Shown piece after piece: positions 1 to 12,200 of a DNA stretch of 64,000 bases. How positions within the stretch are numbered: the stretch's first letter is position 1; the number at the start of each line of letters is the position of its first letter. The DNA comes from Mobula hypostoma (taxonomy: Eukaryota). The notes under the pieces were generated by a model. The model worked only from the letters and a program-made list of their open reading frames with translations. It was not told the DNA's origin and made no database searches. The stretch covers positions 85,314,001 to 85,378,000 of the forward strand of contig NC_086097.1 of NCBI RefSeq assembly GCF_963921235.1. Reading direction: 5' to 3'. Made by a program: the position numbers and the translations under genes.

Positions 1-386
1 CATCTGAAGAGATGTGGTGACCTGTGGCTGGAGGAACCCTGACCGGGGGCTTGGGACCTGACAGAGTTCGGAGGAGATCGGCTAGTGGAAAGAGTTACGT
101 GATCTCCAACATTTATTGTGCACAAAAGGGGTTGAATTGATAAAGTTACTGATTTGGCACCTTTTTATTTTCATATTTGGTTTTCTACTAACCCTATAGT
201 TCAAGTAAAAATTATAAAATCTTAATTGTTTAACTGCATGTGGTGTATGACTTGTCATTTCGGGACACTGATTTGAAATGGGGGAGCACATCACACAGCA
301 TCCACCCAAACGAGAGCTCTAAGGTTTGGCTGGGCAAGAGAAGGTTATCTCCCCGAGATCATACCCTAGGCAAAGCGAGTGTTACA
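1..386 (+). mobile_element. 3' part of probable solo LTR/TIR element, related to 39322-40111
   Basis: Ends TGTTACA, directly abutting a CR1 fragment; shares CACAGCATCCAC(A/C)CAAAC and TTGTGCACA motifs with 39322-40111. Confidence 0.5.
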
Positions 387-1318
387 CCAGTAAGGCCTAT
401 CACTAAGAATTTTCAATAATTTGCACACCACTGCAATAAGACTCACTGGTCTATAATTTCCAATGTTATCCCTTCTCTCTGTCTTGAACAAAAGAATAAC
501 ATTTGCCACCCTCCAATATTATGGTACTACTTCTATGGCCAGTGAAAATGAAAAGATCATCGTTAACCATGCAGCAATCTCTTCCCTGACTTCTCATAGT
601 AATCACGAGTATATCACATCCAATCCCAGGGACTGATCTTACCTAATGTTTTTCAAAGTTTCTAGCACATCCTCTTTCTTAATGCAACACGCTTCAGCAT
701 ATCTGTCTGCTTTATGCTGTTGTCATGAACATCAAGGCGCCTCTCACTGGTGAGTACTGACACAAGGTATTCATCTAAGACCTCTCCTACCTCCTCCGAC
801 TCGGGGAGTATGTTTCCTCTTCTACCCTTGATCAGGCCTACTCTCATTCTAGTTATCTTCCTATTCTTCACATACATGTGGAATATCTTGGGGTTTTCTT
901 TAATCCTACCGGCTAAGGTCCATTATCTCTCCTATGTCCACCCTTAGGCTTCTTCGTAGCTACTTTGTAACTATCTGAAGTCCTGTCTGATCCTTGCTTC
1001 TTAAACTTTAAGGAAGCTTCTTTTTCCCTCTTGACTAGATGTTCCACATCTTTTGTCAGCCATGGTTCCTTCCTACCCTCCTTTCCCTGCCTCAGAGGGA
1101 CAAACCTATCCAGACCCCATGCAAGTGCACTGTAAATAACCTCTATGTTTCCATTTTGTATTTCCCTGAGGACTTTTTTTCCCAATTTATGTTCCCAAGT
1201 TCCTGCCTAATAGCATTAAAATTTCCTTTCCCCAATTAAATAGTTCCCCATACCGTCCGCCCCTTTCCCTCTCGAAAGCTATGGTAAAAGTCAAGGAGTT
1301 GTGGTCACTGTCTCTGAA
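387..1318 (-). mobile_element. CR1 LINE ORF2 fragment (degenerate)
   Basis: Minus ORFs KEPWLTKDVEHLVK and VGEVLDEYLVSV are typical CR1 EN-RT linker motifs. Confidence 0.85.
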
Positions 1319-1420
1319 GCCCTATAGTTTTCTCTGTACCCATATTTCCATACATTTACATTTCATCAGACATAGAAGCTGATTAGTGTATCAGTCTGTT
1401 GCACACAACGTTTTTCCCTA

Positions 1421-2190
1421 GTTCAAGTTTAATTGTCATTCAACCAAGCTTTAATACCCATGATCACAGACAAATGAAACAGTGTTACATCAGGGCCAAG
1501 GTGCAAAACAGTACCCACAGTCACACAAAGCACAAGGCACATACAGCATATCAGTAATATACAATCAGACATATAATATATAGTCCAAGGCTCTGAGTCC
1601 ATGAATGTTGCAGCAATTTGCAGTCAAACACAATACAACTTGTCTTCAGCTGAGCAAACTCTGGAGAGCAGCACCGACCACAGCTTGAAGGCTGCGTCAC
1701 ACAGCCTCCGGTGGAGCGCCCCGAATCCAACACTTCTCTCATGTGTGTCTGTAAACAGGGAAACCCGTGGCTTGAGGCCCAGTCCTCACCATGACCAGGG
1801 CCACACAGCTCCCGTGCTGGCTGCTCCCGCCAACCGCCACTCAACCAGTGAATCGGACTTGCAGCATTCCACATTAATGATGTCTAACAAGATGTTGTGA
1901 TCACAAGAAAAGCGGCTAAGATGAGCACTCGCTGTTAGACCGCACACTGCCTTCACTCAGCAACTCCTCCAAAGCCTCTCTGACATGGGCAGCAGCATGA
2001 TCAAAACCAAGTCCAGCTCCTTCAGTTTCTCTGCCAATGAGCAACTCACTGGTGGGGTGGACCCGCAGAATTTTAAATTCTTCATGTCCAGCAGGGTCTT
2101 GTGATTGTAAACAAGTTTTAAAATAAGACAATAACACCTTTGTTGATCTCATAGGAGCTTCTGCGATTGAACAAGTCTCTCCAATGTCAT
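1421..2190 (-). mobile_element. Non-coding retroelement with Rex1-type 3' tail
   Basis: Begins GTTCAAGTTTAATTGTCATTCAACC, like the Rex1-type tail at 45437; body not identified. Confidence 0.4.
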
Positions 2191-2209
2191 CAAAATGTAT
2201 CTTTCCCAA

Positions 2210-2590
2210 TTATAGAGCAATATAGCATTGAAAACAGGCACTTTGGCCCACCTAGTCCATGTCAACCAGGTCTTCTGCCTAGTCATATCTACTGCTCCAA
2301 GCCCACAGCCATTCATACCTCTCCCATTCCTGGACTTCTCTTAAATGTTACAATTGAATCCGTATCCACCACTTCTGCTGGGAGGACCAACCAAGGTACA
2401 TACACAGTGAGCAGTAGGGCACTGAGGAATCTGGCAGGATCCTCTGAGGTTGCACCATCCTCTGAGTGAAGAAGTTCCCCCTCATATTCCCCTTAAATAT
2501 TTCAACTTTCCCCCAAAGCCTATGACCTCCAGTCCCATCCAACATAAGGGGGGAGAAAACTGCATGCATTCACCCTATCTATACCCCTTA
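2210..2590 (-). mobile_element. CR1 3' end containing a short opposite-strand CR1 piece
   Basis: FKGNMRGNFFTQR motif on minus; plus-strand CR1 segment at about 2382-2436. Confidence 0.8.
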
Positions 2591-2623
2591 CAAGCCATCT
2601 TCCAATCAAATACCACACTGACT

Positions 2624-2971
2624 TGTCCAGAAATGATTTAACTCCTCCCAGTCTGCATACGCAGGCACATCCCAGAATCCACCCATTTGCCATTCATTCC
2701 AGACTCATCACGGGCAGCCTATTTAACCCCAGCTCTTACCCATTGCCCTTGTTCCCTCACTGAACCAGCCAGGCCTCAACCAGTTGCTCTGAGCTCTCAC
2801 TCTCCTTGGCTAAAGTTGATCTTGTTGCCTGTCGTGTCTAGTTTCCGTTCTCTCTTGTTGTGTGGCCCCCGTGCCTTATTATTTTGCTTTCTGTTATTAA
2901 AGTTATCCTTCACTGCTGAATTGTCTCTACTGCTCTGTTTTTGGGTCAAGCCTTCTCTACACTTCCTGACT
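2624..2971 (+). mobile_element. Probable Gypsy-type solo LTR
   Basis: TGTC(C)AGAA...TTCCTGAC termini, TATTTAA box, ATTAAA signal, TTTGGGTC near 3' end. Confidence 0.5.
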
Positions 2972-3144
2972 CAGGGAAATAACCCCCGTCATTGCAGCAG
3001 CTGAAAAAGACCAACCAAATCTTTTGTGGTCAACTACCAACCATATCTATGCTGTCCATACTGTTTAAGTACAAGGTAAGATTAATATATCTTGTTGAGC
3101 AGCAATGCATGCTGTATAAAAGCAACTCTATAACACTGTATCAG

Positions 3145-4225
3145 TTCCAAATAAAAACAGAGGAGGCTGGGAATATTCAGATGGTCAGGCGGCATCTGAA
3201 AAGCAAGAGAGTTAATGATTCAGGCCATTTCTGAACCAGCTGGGAAAATGGGCTGAAAAAAATTGGCAGATGGAATTTAATGCAGACAAGTGTGAGGTGT
3301 TGCACTTTGGGAGGGACAACCAGGGTACGTAGGTCTTACACAGTGAACAGTAGGGCACTGAAGAGTGTGGTAGAACAGAGGGATCTGGGAATACAGATCC
3401 ATAATTCCTTGAAGGTGGCATTGTGGGTAGATAGGGTTGCAAAGAAAGCATTTGGCACATTAGCGTTCATAAATCACTGTACTGAGTGCAGGAGTTGGGA
3501 TGTTATGTTGAACTTGTATAAGATGTTGGTGAGCTCTAATTTGGAGTATTGTGTCCAGGTTTGGTCATGTGCCTACAGGAAAGATGTAAATAAGATTGAA
3601 AGAGTGCAGAGAAAATTTACAAGGATGTTGTCAGGAGTTGAGGACCTGAGTTATAGGGAAAGGTTGAATAGGTTAGGACATTACTTTCCTAGAACACAGA
3701 AGATTGAGGGAGGAGTTCATATGAAGTATACAGAATTATGAAGCATTTAGATAGGGTAAATGCAAGCAAGTTTTTTCCACTGAGGTTGAGTGGGAATATC
3801 ACTAGAGGTCATGGGTTAAGTGTGAAAGGTGAAATGTTTAAGGGGAACATGAGGGGGAACTTCTTCACTCAGAGGGTGGTGAGTGTGTGGAATGAGCTGC
3901 CAACGCAAGTAGTGGATATGGGGAAAATTTCAACATTTGAGAGAAACTTGGATAGGTACATGGATGGGTGGGGTATGGAGGTCTGTGATCTGGGTGCACT
4001 TGATGGGACTAGGCAGTTTAACCATTCAGCACAAGCTAGGTGAGCCGAAGAGCCTAGTTCTGTGCTGTAGTGTTCTATGACTCTCATTAATTATCTTTTA
4101 CCGGAACTGTCTTGAAACATTAACTGTTTCTCCACAGATATTCTCTGATCTGACCTGACCCTGCTGACTATTTACTGCAGTTCCTGTTCTTATTCCAAAC
4201 CTACTCCATCTGTGGTCTTTTGCTT
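3145..4225. mobile_element. Degenerate Penelope-derived palindromic element split by a CR1 insertion (arms about 3145-3225 and 4100-4225)
   Basis: GGTCAGGCGGCATCT on left, CTGACCTGACCCTGCTGA on right; both resemble the pLTRs at 48829-50157. Confidence 0.55.
3230..4085 (+). mobile_element. CR1 LINE 3' fragment
   Basis: LEYCVQVWS, IERVQRKFTRM, RGNFFTQRVV; ends GTGCTGTAGTGTTCTATGACTCT. Confidence 0.92.
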
Positions 4226-4584
4226 TATTTATCGATGATAACATTGGTTTTATCCACTCCTTTCCCACTGAGCTATTATAATCGTTCAATCTGATGGCAA
4301 GTTCCAGCAACACATTCTAAAGTGTAGGTTGGCTGTTTATTATTTAGTACAGTACATACAGTCACCTCAGAGACAATGACAGTTATGTCAGGTTTCTATA
4401 TAAAGAAGGTCCAATCTGAGAAAAGCTGAGTCATGTGTACCGAAGGTTAGTGTTGAAATTCAAACACTAGATGGCGTGATTCACAAACTCTAACAATATG
4501 GCACCACTGAGCAATTCAGGCAATTTACTTCTCCATCTTTAGAGGGCGCTGTCATTCCAGGAATGACAATTGAGCAGAACCAAA

Positions 4585-5042
4585 GATTAAAGGTTAGCTT
4601 CAATTGTCACATGTACATCAAAATACAAAGTGAAATGTGTCATTTGAGTCAATGTCCAACACAGTCTGAAGATGTGCTGGGAACAACCTACAAATATTGC
4701 ATCTATCTCTGAGCAATTAGTGTAATTTATCATTTCTTAATTGTATCTTTTCTTAATGCATGCATTACTAAATGACAGTAAAAGAGGACTGCGTGTCCTC
4801 ATTATCTAAAAATTGACTTCTTCATCTTTAGAGGGTATTGTCATTCCAGGAATAACATTGCATGCTCATAACTTACTAGCCCATGCACCTTTGGTGTGTG
4901 GGAGGAAACTGGAGCATGTGGAGGAAACCTACACGGTCACAGGGAGAACGTACAAAATCCTTACAGATGGCGACAGGAATTGAACCCGATCATCGATCAC
5001 TGGCGCTATAAAATGCTGTGTTAGTATCCACGCTACTGTGCC
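4585..5042 (-). mobile_element. tRNA-derived V-SINE (HE1-like head) with Rex1-type tail, internally interrupted
   Basis: Minus strand: GGCACAGTAGCGTGG head, GGTTCAATTCC B box, V domain GTACGTTCTCCCTGTGACCGTG...TTTCCTCCCACA. Confidence 0.75.
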
Positions 5043-5475
5043 AACCAAAGATACAAAGACTATATTGTGTTAAAGATAAAGAATCCTTAAAAATGATTTA
5101 CCCAACTTTACTTTTGTCTGAAAGGAAGTTAGACAGAAAATCTGCTTGATACTATATTGTGCTGATGGTGGTGGAATCATAGACTAATTCCAGCATCAGG
5201 AGACCCATTTAATCCATGCAATCACCTGGTAAAGTAGTCCCATTCCTCAAACCTTTCTCCATTGTGCTAAAAATTATTTTCTTCTCGTGTCTATCTCATT
5301 CTATTTTCAAAGCCCACATTCCATCATTGTAGACAGATGATTAAGTGCATAAGTTATGCAGTCAGACACTATTACGTGATTGGTGCTTTTGCACGTATTC
5401 GAGGAAACCTCTCAGGGAAGGTAGTGTCAGAGCACAGACACAATTGTTGTATACGACACAGAAGGCGGCCCATCA

Positions 5476-5553
5476 TATCGGGACATGTTTGGCACAACTT
5501 TGTGGGCCGAAGGGCCTGTAATATGCTGTAGGTTTTCTATGTTTCTATGTTTC
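5476..5553 (+). mobile_element. CR1 3' tail only
   Basis: GGGCCGAAGGGCC stem-loop and TTCTATGT repeats. Confidence 0.8.
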
Positions 5554-5627
5554 TTTGATAGAATTGTGAAATTAGTTTCACACCCCTCAAGTTCATTTCC
5601 AATTAATCCTCAAAATTAATTTTATCT

Positions 5628-5865
5628 ATACGAAGAGATTCAGCACGGTAACATGCCCTTCTGCCCCAATGAGCCTGCACCACCCAATTACACCCATGGG
5701 ACCAATTACGCTACTAGCCCGTATCTCGTTGGAATGTGGGAGAAGACAGGAGCACCAGGGGAAACCCCCACGGTCACAGGGAGAATGTACAAACTCCTTA
5801 CCGACAGCAGTACAATTGAATCCAGATCGCTGGTGCAGTAATAATATTATATTCATCACCACACC
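5628..5865 (-). mobile_element. HE1-like V-SINE with CR1-type tail
   Basis: Same V domain as 4585-5042; 3' end GGGGCAGAAGGGCATGTTACCGTGCTG on minus. Confidence 0.8.
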
Positions 5866-5903
5866 TCTATTAGTTTATCTAATTACAATAAGATAAAAGT
5901 TCA

Positions 5904-6090
5904 GAAATCTGCAATGAAATAAGAAAATATTGAAAATACTCAGTAGGTCAGGCAGGCTATGGAATGAAAAACATCAACAAAGTTTCAGAAGTTTGGCAAA
6001 GAGTCTCAGACTTGGAATGTCACCTCTCTTTCTCTTTCTGCAGATACTGCCTGACTGGCTGAGTATTTCCAACATTTTCTGTTTTTATTA
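5904..6090. mobile_element. Degenerate Penelope pLTR-derived palindrome
   Basis: AATACTCAGTAGGTCAGGCAG ... CTGCCTGACTGGCTGAGTATT inverted arms. Confidence 0.65.
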
Positions 6091-6564
6091 ACACTATAAA
6101 TTCTCCCGATTCCATTTTGAAAGTTACCAGTGAATCTTCTCTCCCAGCCTATTATGTGGCACATTGCAGATCACAACAGCTTGCTCTGTAACAAAATGTT
6201 TCCTCATGTCAACCTTTTGTTTTTCACTCTCTTTTATCATTAGAATCATTTTTGCTTATTTCAATTTCAAAGCCACTTATGATTTTAGATACCTTCATCA
6301 TCTCTGATAACTTTCTCTACTGTATGCTAAATTATTCAAGATCTCCAGTTTCGTACTACACCCTCTCCAGAATATAAACATTTCGCAGATTCTCTGGAAT
6401 AAACACACGAGGGTTAATCATATCTTTATAATACTCCTTGCTTTTGTGCTTTTGTTAATAAAGCTCAGAATTCATTAACATTTAAATGTCCTTTTAAATT
6501 CCTTCAAAAAAAATTTTTGCAGCCCAAGTCTTTCTGTTCCATCCTGTCATTTAAATAGTAGATT

Positions 6565-6948
6565 GTGGTTCCTGTTGACACAAAGATTAATGGTGCTGAG
6601 GTTAGTGTAGGATGTCGTTGTAGGTTACAATGGGAAATTGAAAGGAAGCAGAACTGGGCTGAAAAATGGCAGATGGAGTTCTAGCTGGTAACGTGTCAAA
6701 TTGGACACTTTGGAAGGTCAAATTTGAAGGCAGAGTACACGGTTAATGGCAGGATATTTATCAGTGTGAAGGAACAGAGGGATCTTGGGGTTCACATCCA
6801 TAGATCCCTCAAGTTGCCACTCAAGTTGCTACGGTGATCAAGACAGCATATTTTGTGTTGACCTTCATTAGTCAGATAATTGTGTTCAAGAGCCATGAGG
6901 AAATGTTGCAGCTCTGTAAAACACTGGTTAGACCACGCTTGGAGTAGC
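6565..6948 (+). mobile_element. Old CR1 RT fragment
   Basis: WAEKWQMEF, HFGRSN, EQRDLGVHIH motifs readable. Confidence 0.8.
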
Positions 6949-7265
6949 AGTCCACACAGCCTTTCACACATTTTTGTTTCTTTTCTCCATTGTTAACAAA
7001 GCATTTTAGTTTTGCTGAATGATCTATTATGTGGTAATTAACTGAACTTGTTTTGAAATTGAACTATTTCCTATCATCAGTCATTGCTGTTGCTTCATTG
7101 AAGAACTCCATTTTAATTTATCATTCTCTTGTTGAAGACATAGACATTTATAAAATGGACGTGCGTGTCCCCATAAAATCATTTAGTCTTCCCCAATCAG
7201 GAGCCCTGGATGAACCAAGACATCCACAATCTGCCGAGGGTCAGATTAGTGGCCTTCAGTACAAG

Positions 7266-9095
7266 TAAGACTGGTAAAGACAAATGTAGGTCCCCTACAG
7301 ACAGAAACAGGTGAATTGATTATGGGGAGCAAGGACATGGCAGACCAATTGAATAATTACTTTGGTTCTGTCTTCACTAACGAGGACATAAATAATCTTC
7401 CAGAAATAGTAGGGGACAGAGGGTCCAGTGAGATGGAGGAACTGAGCGAAATACATGTTAGTAGGGAAGTGGTGTTAGATAAATTGAAGGGATTGAAGGC
7501 AGATAAATCCCCAGGGTCAGATGGTCTGCATCCTAGAGTGCTTAAGGAAGTAGCCCAAGAAATAGTGGATGCATTAGTGATAATTTTTCAAAACTCGTTA
7601 GACTCTGGACTAGTTCCTGAGGATTGGAGGGTCGCTAATGTAACTCCACTTTTTAAAAAAGGAGGGAGAGAAAAACCGGGGAATTATAGACCGGTTAGCC
7701 TAACGTCGGTGGTGGGGAAACTGCTGGAGTCAGTTATCAAGGATGTGATAACAGCACATTTGGAAAGCGGTGAAATCATCGGACAAAGTCAGCATGGATT
7801 TGTGAAAGGAAAATCGTGTCTGACGAATCTCATAGAATTTTTTGAGGATGTAACTAGTAGAGTGGATAGGGGAGAACCGGTGGATGTGGTATATTTGGAT
7901 TTTCAAAAGGCTTTTGACAAGGTCCCACACAGGAGATTAGTGTGCAAACTTAAAGCACACGGTATTGGGGGTAAGGTATTGATGTGGGTGGAGAATTGGT
8001 TAGCAGACAGGAAGCAAAGAGTGGGAATAAACGGGACCTTTTCAGAATGGCAGGCGGTAACTAGTGGGGTACCGCAAGGCTCAGTGCTGGGACCCCAGTT
8101 GTTTACAATATATATTAATGACTTGGATGAGGGAATTAAATGCAGCATCTCCAAGTTTGCGGATGACACGAAGCTGGGTGGCAGTGTTAGCAGTGAGGAG
8201 GATGCTAAGAGGATGCAGGGTGACTTGGATAGGTTGGGTGAGTGGGCAAATTCATGGCAGATGCAATTTAATGTGGATAAATGCGGTTATCCACTTTGGT
8301 GGCAAAAACAGGAAAACAGATTATTATCTGAATGGTGGCCGATTAGGAAAAGGGGAGGTGCAACAAGACCTGGGTGTCATTATACACCAGTCATTAAAAT
8401 TGGGCATGCAGGTACAGCAGGCGGTGAAAAAGGCGAATGGTATGCTGGCATTTATAGTGAGAGGATTCGAGTACAGGAGCAGGGAGGTACTACTGCAGTT
8501 GTACAAGGCCTTGGTGAGACCACACCTGGAGTATTGTGTACAGTTTTGGTCCCCTAATCTGAGGAAAGACATCCTTGCCATAGAGGGAGTACAAAGAAGG
8601 TTCACCAGATTGATTCCTGGGATGGCAGGTCTTTCATATGAAGAAAGACTGGATGAACTGGGCTTGTACTCGTTGGAATTTAGGAGATTGGGGGGGGATC
8701 TGATTGAAACGTATAAAATCCTAAAGGGATTGGACAGGCTAGATGCAGGAAGATTGTTCCCGATGTTGGGGAAGTCCAGAACGAGGGGCCACAGTTTGAG
8801 GATAGAGGGGAAGCCTCTTAGGACCGAGATTAGGAAAAACTTCTTCACACTGAGAGTGGTGAATCTGTGGAATTCTCTGCCACAGGAAACAGTTGAGGCC
8901 AGTTCATTGGCTATATTTAAGAGGGAGTTAGATATGGCCCTTGTGGCTACGGGGGTCAGGGGGTATGGAGGGAAGGCTGGGGCGGGGTTCTGAGTTGGAT
9001 GATCAGCCATGATCATAATAAATGGCGGTGCAGGCTCGAAGGGCCGAATGGCCTACTCCTGCACCTATTTTCTATGTTTCTACGTTTCTATGTAA
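7266..9095 (+). mobile_element. Young 5'-truncated CR1 LINE with 8-bp TSD AGTACAAG
   Basis: TSD at 7258-7265 and 9096-9103; (TTCTATGT)n tail; near-identical to four other copies in the window. Confidence 0.95.
7316..8993 (+). pseudogene. CR1 ORF2 reverse transcriptase, single frameshift near 8284
   Basis: NYRPVSLTS, QHGF, YLDFQKAFDKVPH, GVPQGSVLGP, FADD; ORFs 7316-8557 and 8064-8993 join if 2 nt are restored (KCEVIHFG intact in copy 33928-34704). Confidence 0.95.
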
Positions 9096-11169
9096 AGTAC
9101 AAGAGATCCAGATACATTATGAAGTGGCAATTCTGTACAAATCTGGAATCATGGAAGAAAACTCAGCAGCAGTGGCTTGGCTTGAAAGTTATCACCTCCT
9201 ATGAATCACAAAGTAAAACCAAGCGACACGTGGGACAACAAGGTTTCACTCCCACATGAGCTCAATTATCAAAACATGGAGACAAAACTCCCACCGCCCC
9301 CAACGACCCTGTGATTGAGGCCAATGTTAGAGCATCCCTTCAAGAGGGTGAACCCATAGAAAGCTTCCGGCCCAGACAGGGTTCCTGGCCACCTACTGAA
9401 TACCTGTGCTGATCAACTGGCTGGAGCATTCACTGAGATCACTAACCTCTCATCTTGGCAGTCTGAGGTACCCACTTGCTTCTAGCTGGCTTCAGTTATA
9501 CTGGTGCCAAGAAGAATGTGGTAACCTTCCTCTATTGTTATCATCCAGTAGCATTTATGTACACTATGAAGTGCTATGAGAGATTGGCAATGAAACATAT
9601 TAACTCCTGCCAGAGGGGTGACTTGGATCTGCTCCAGTTAGCTTACCATGACAACTGGTCAACAGCAGATGCTATGTCATCGGCTCTTCACTGAACATCT
9701 GAACAGTGAAGATGCATACATTAGGATGTCATTCATTGACTACAGCTCTGTATTCAATACTATCATCCCCTTGAAACTAGTCAATAAGCTCCAGAACCTA
9801 GGCCACCATGCCTCCTTCTGTAAATGGGTCATTGATTTCCTCACTTGCAGACCCCAGTCAGTTCCAATCGGCAACAACATAACCACCACAATCACCATCA
9901 GCACAGATGCAGTGCAAGGCTATGTGCTTAGCCCCCTGCTCTACTTGCTTAGCCTCATGGTCATAAGTGTAAAGCACAACTCCCATGCCATATTTAACTT
10001 TGTTAATGACAAACCTATCATTGGACGAATCAAATGTGTTGACAAATGAGTATATAGGAGAAAAGGAGCTGATTGTTGACTTCAGGAGGAGGAAACCAGA
10101 GGTCCATGAGCCAGTCTTATCATGAGACCAGAGGTGGGGAGGGTCAGCAACTTGAAATTCCTTGATGTTATACTTTCAGAAGACCTGTCCCGTCCAGCAC
10201 ATGAATCTCAAGGTTGTATATGGTATACATATTTTAATAATAAATATACTTTGAACTTAAGTGCCATTACAAAGAAAGCATGGCAGCACCTCTGCTTCCT
10301 TAGAAGTTTGCAAAGATTTGGCATGTCATTCAACAAACTTCTACAGAAGCCCAAACTTCTGTGGTGGAGAGCATACTGACTTGTTGCATCACAGCCTGGT
10401 ATGGAAACATCAATGCCCTTGAATGGAAAAGCCTACAAAAAGTAATGGATACAGCATAGTCTATCACAGGTAAAGCCCTCCCCACCATTGAGCACATTTG
10501 CAAGAAGTACTGTCATAGGAGAGCAGCATCCACCATGAGGACCCCAACATCCAGGACATGCTCTCTTCTCACTACTACCATCAGGAAGGAGGTACAGGAG
10601 CCTCAGGACCAACACCACAATGATCAGGAATAGTTATCACCCCTCAACCATCAGGCTCTTGAACCAGACGGGATAACTTCACTTGCCCCATCACTGAACT
10701 GTTCCATAATCTATCGACTCATTTTCAAGGACTCTTCATCCTATATTCCCTATATTTATTACTTATTTATTATTATTGTTTTGGTTTTTTTTTCTCTTTT
10801 TGTATTTGCACAGTTTTTGTTGTTTTTTGCAGATTGGGTGTTTGTCCTGTTGAGTGCTGTTTTTCATTGATTATATAGTGTTTCTTTGTATTTACTACGA
10901 ATACCCACAGGGAAATGTATCTCACAGTAGTACGGAGTGACATACATGTACTTTGATAATAAATTTATTTTGAACCTTGAACACATGTTCAATGTCCATC
11001 CCTATCTGTTTTGAATTCAATGGCTCTTTAGGCTATTTCAAAGACCAGTTAAGACTTCTCCACAGTGGTAGACTTGCAGCTATATCTAAGGTCAGTCCAG
11101 TTCCTTTCCTGCAGGACGTTAGTCTGTAAAAGAAGGAGGATTGCTAGAAGATCAATCTATGTCTTCCTC

Positions 11170-11615
11170 TTGTTCCAGGATGATGCCACCATCAGGGTGG
11201 AGGAGCAAAACCGTATATTCCTTCTGGGTACCCTCTAACCTGAGGGCATGAATATTGATTTCTCCTTCCAGTTTTAAAAAAATCCCTCCCCCTCTCTTCT
11301 TCTATTCCCCACTCTGGCCTCCTACTCACCTGCCTATCACCTCCCCTTTGGCCCTGCCGTCCTTCCATTTCTCAGATGGTCTACCCACCTCTCCTCTCAG
11401 ATTCCATCCTCTCCAGCCCTATGTCTTTCCTACCCACCTGGCTTCACCCACCTCCTTCTAGCTATCTTCCTTCCTCTCCCTAATCTTTTTATTCTGGCAT
11501 CTTCTCCCTTCCTTCCCAGTCCTGAAGAAAGGCCACAGATGCTGCCTGACCTGCAGAGTTTCTCCAGCATTTTGTTGTGCTGTTTTGTGTTTCCAGCAGC
11601 TGCAGAATTTGTGTT
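11170..11615 (+). mobile_element. Penelope-like 3' fragment (GIY-YIG C-terminus, pyrimidine tract, pLTR)
   Basis: DATIRVEEQ...GMNIDFS; GATGCTGCCTGACCTGC...TTCCAGCAGCTGCAG. Confidence 0.8.
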
Positions 11616-12200
11616 GGTGAAATAATTATTTAATATCTCCGCGATATCACCTGCCTCTGTAAGATAATGTTCACCATTGCCCCTACAAAGACGTGCCTTT
11701 CCTTGCATGATGGTTTTTACTGCACGATTTTTGATTTCTCTCCGGGGTAAGTTAATAATCAGATTGCAAGTTCTCAATTTCCCCTTGTTTGCAGAGCCCC
11801 TTCCCAATCAGATGGATTGTTCTTTCTCTGTTCTTGGATTTCTGCTGAAAATTAGTATTCTCATTTGCCTCTTTCTCCATGGCAACGTGTGCACAATGAT
11901 CTATCCTACTGAAATTTGGCACCATTCTGTCATTCAGAGAGCTGTAGCCTTAAATGTCCTTACTCACCCCTTTAGCAGAATTTGTCTACTTTTCTGCCAA
12001 ACCAAGTCCTCCTTGACAATCTGCATTATTCAGTGGCTGTTCTTCCTACTGATCTTTGATTCCAATTTATCAGGCAGATCCTTCTCAACTCTTTGTAATG
12101 AGACCTCCTCCAATGCAAATGTTCTGTATTTTATTTGGATTCCATTGTGAATGAAATTCTCCATTTCATGTGACATAGAACACTTCTTAGACTTGTTGAA
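11616..12200 (-). mobile_element. Ancient CR1-like fragment
   Basis: DIAEILNNYFT motif in ORF 11430-11807. Confidence 0.45.

Larger units (their letters stand above)
7155..10980 (+). mobile_element. Rex1/Babar-like LINE (degenerate), interrupted by young CR1 at 7266-9095
   Basis: PNQEPWMN before the CR1; YIRMSFIDYSSVFNTIIP, VLSPLLY, LFSLLPSGRRY after; tail GATAATAAATTTATTTTGAACCTTGA. Confidence 0.85.

Noticed and set aside
7316..8993. Long RT ORFs as a novel retron, DGR or CRISPR-associated RT system
   Set aside because: Motifs, 3' tail and TSD are standard vertebrate CR1; no prokaryotic context
8324..9016. 230-aa antisense ORF and its copies (15629, 17894, 33905, 27018)
   Set aside because: Antisense shadows of CR1 ORF2; recurrence reflects the repeat, not a gene
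11677..12150. 157-aa hydrophobic ORF
   Set aside because: Antisense to an A-rich ancient CR1-like fragment
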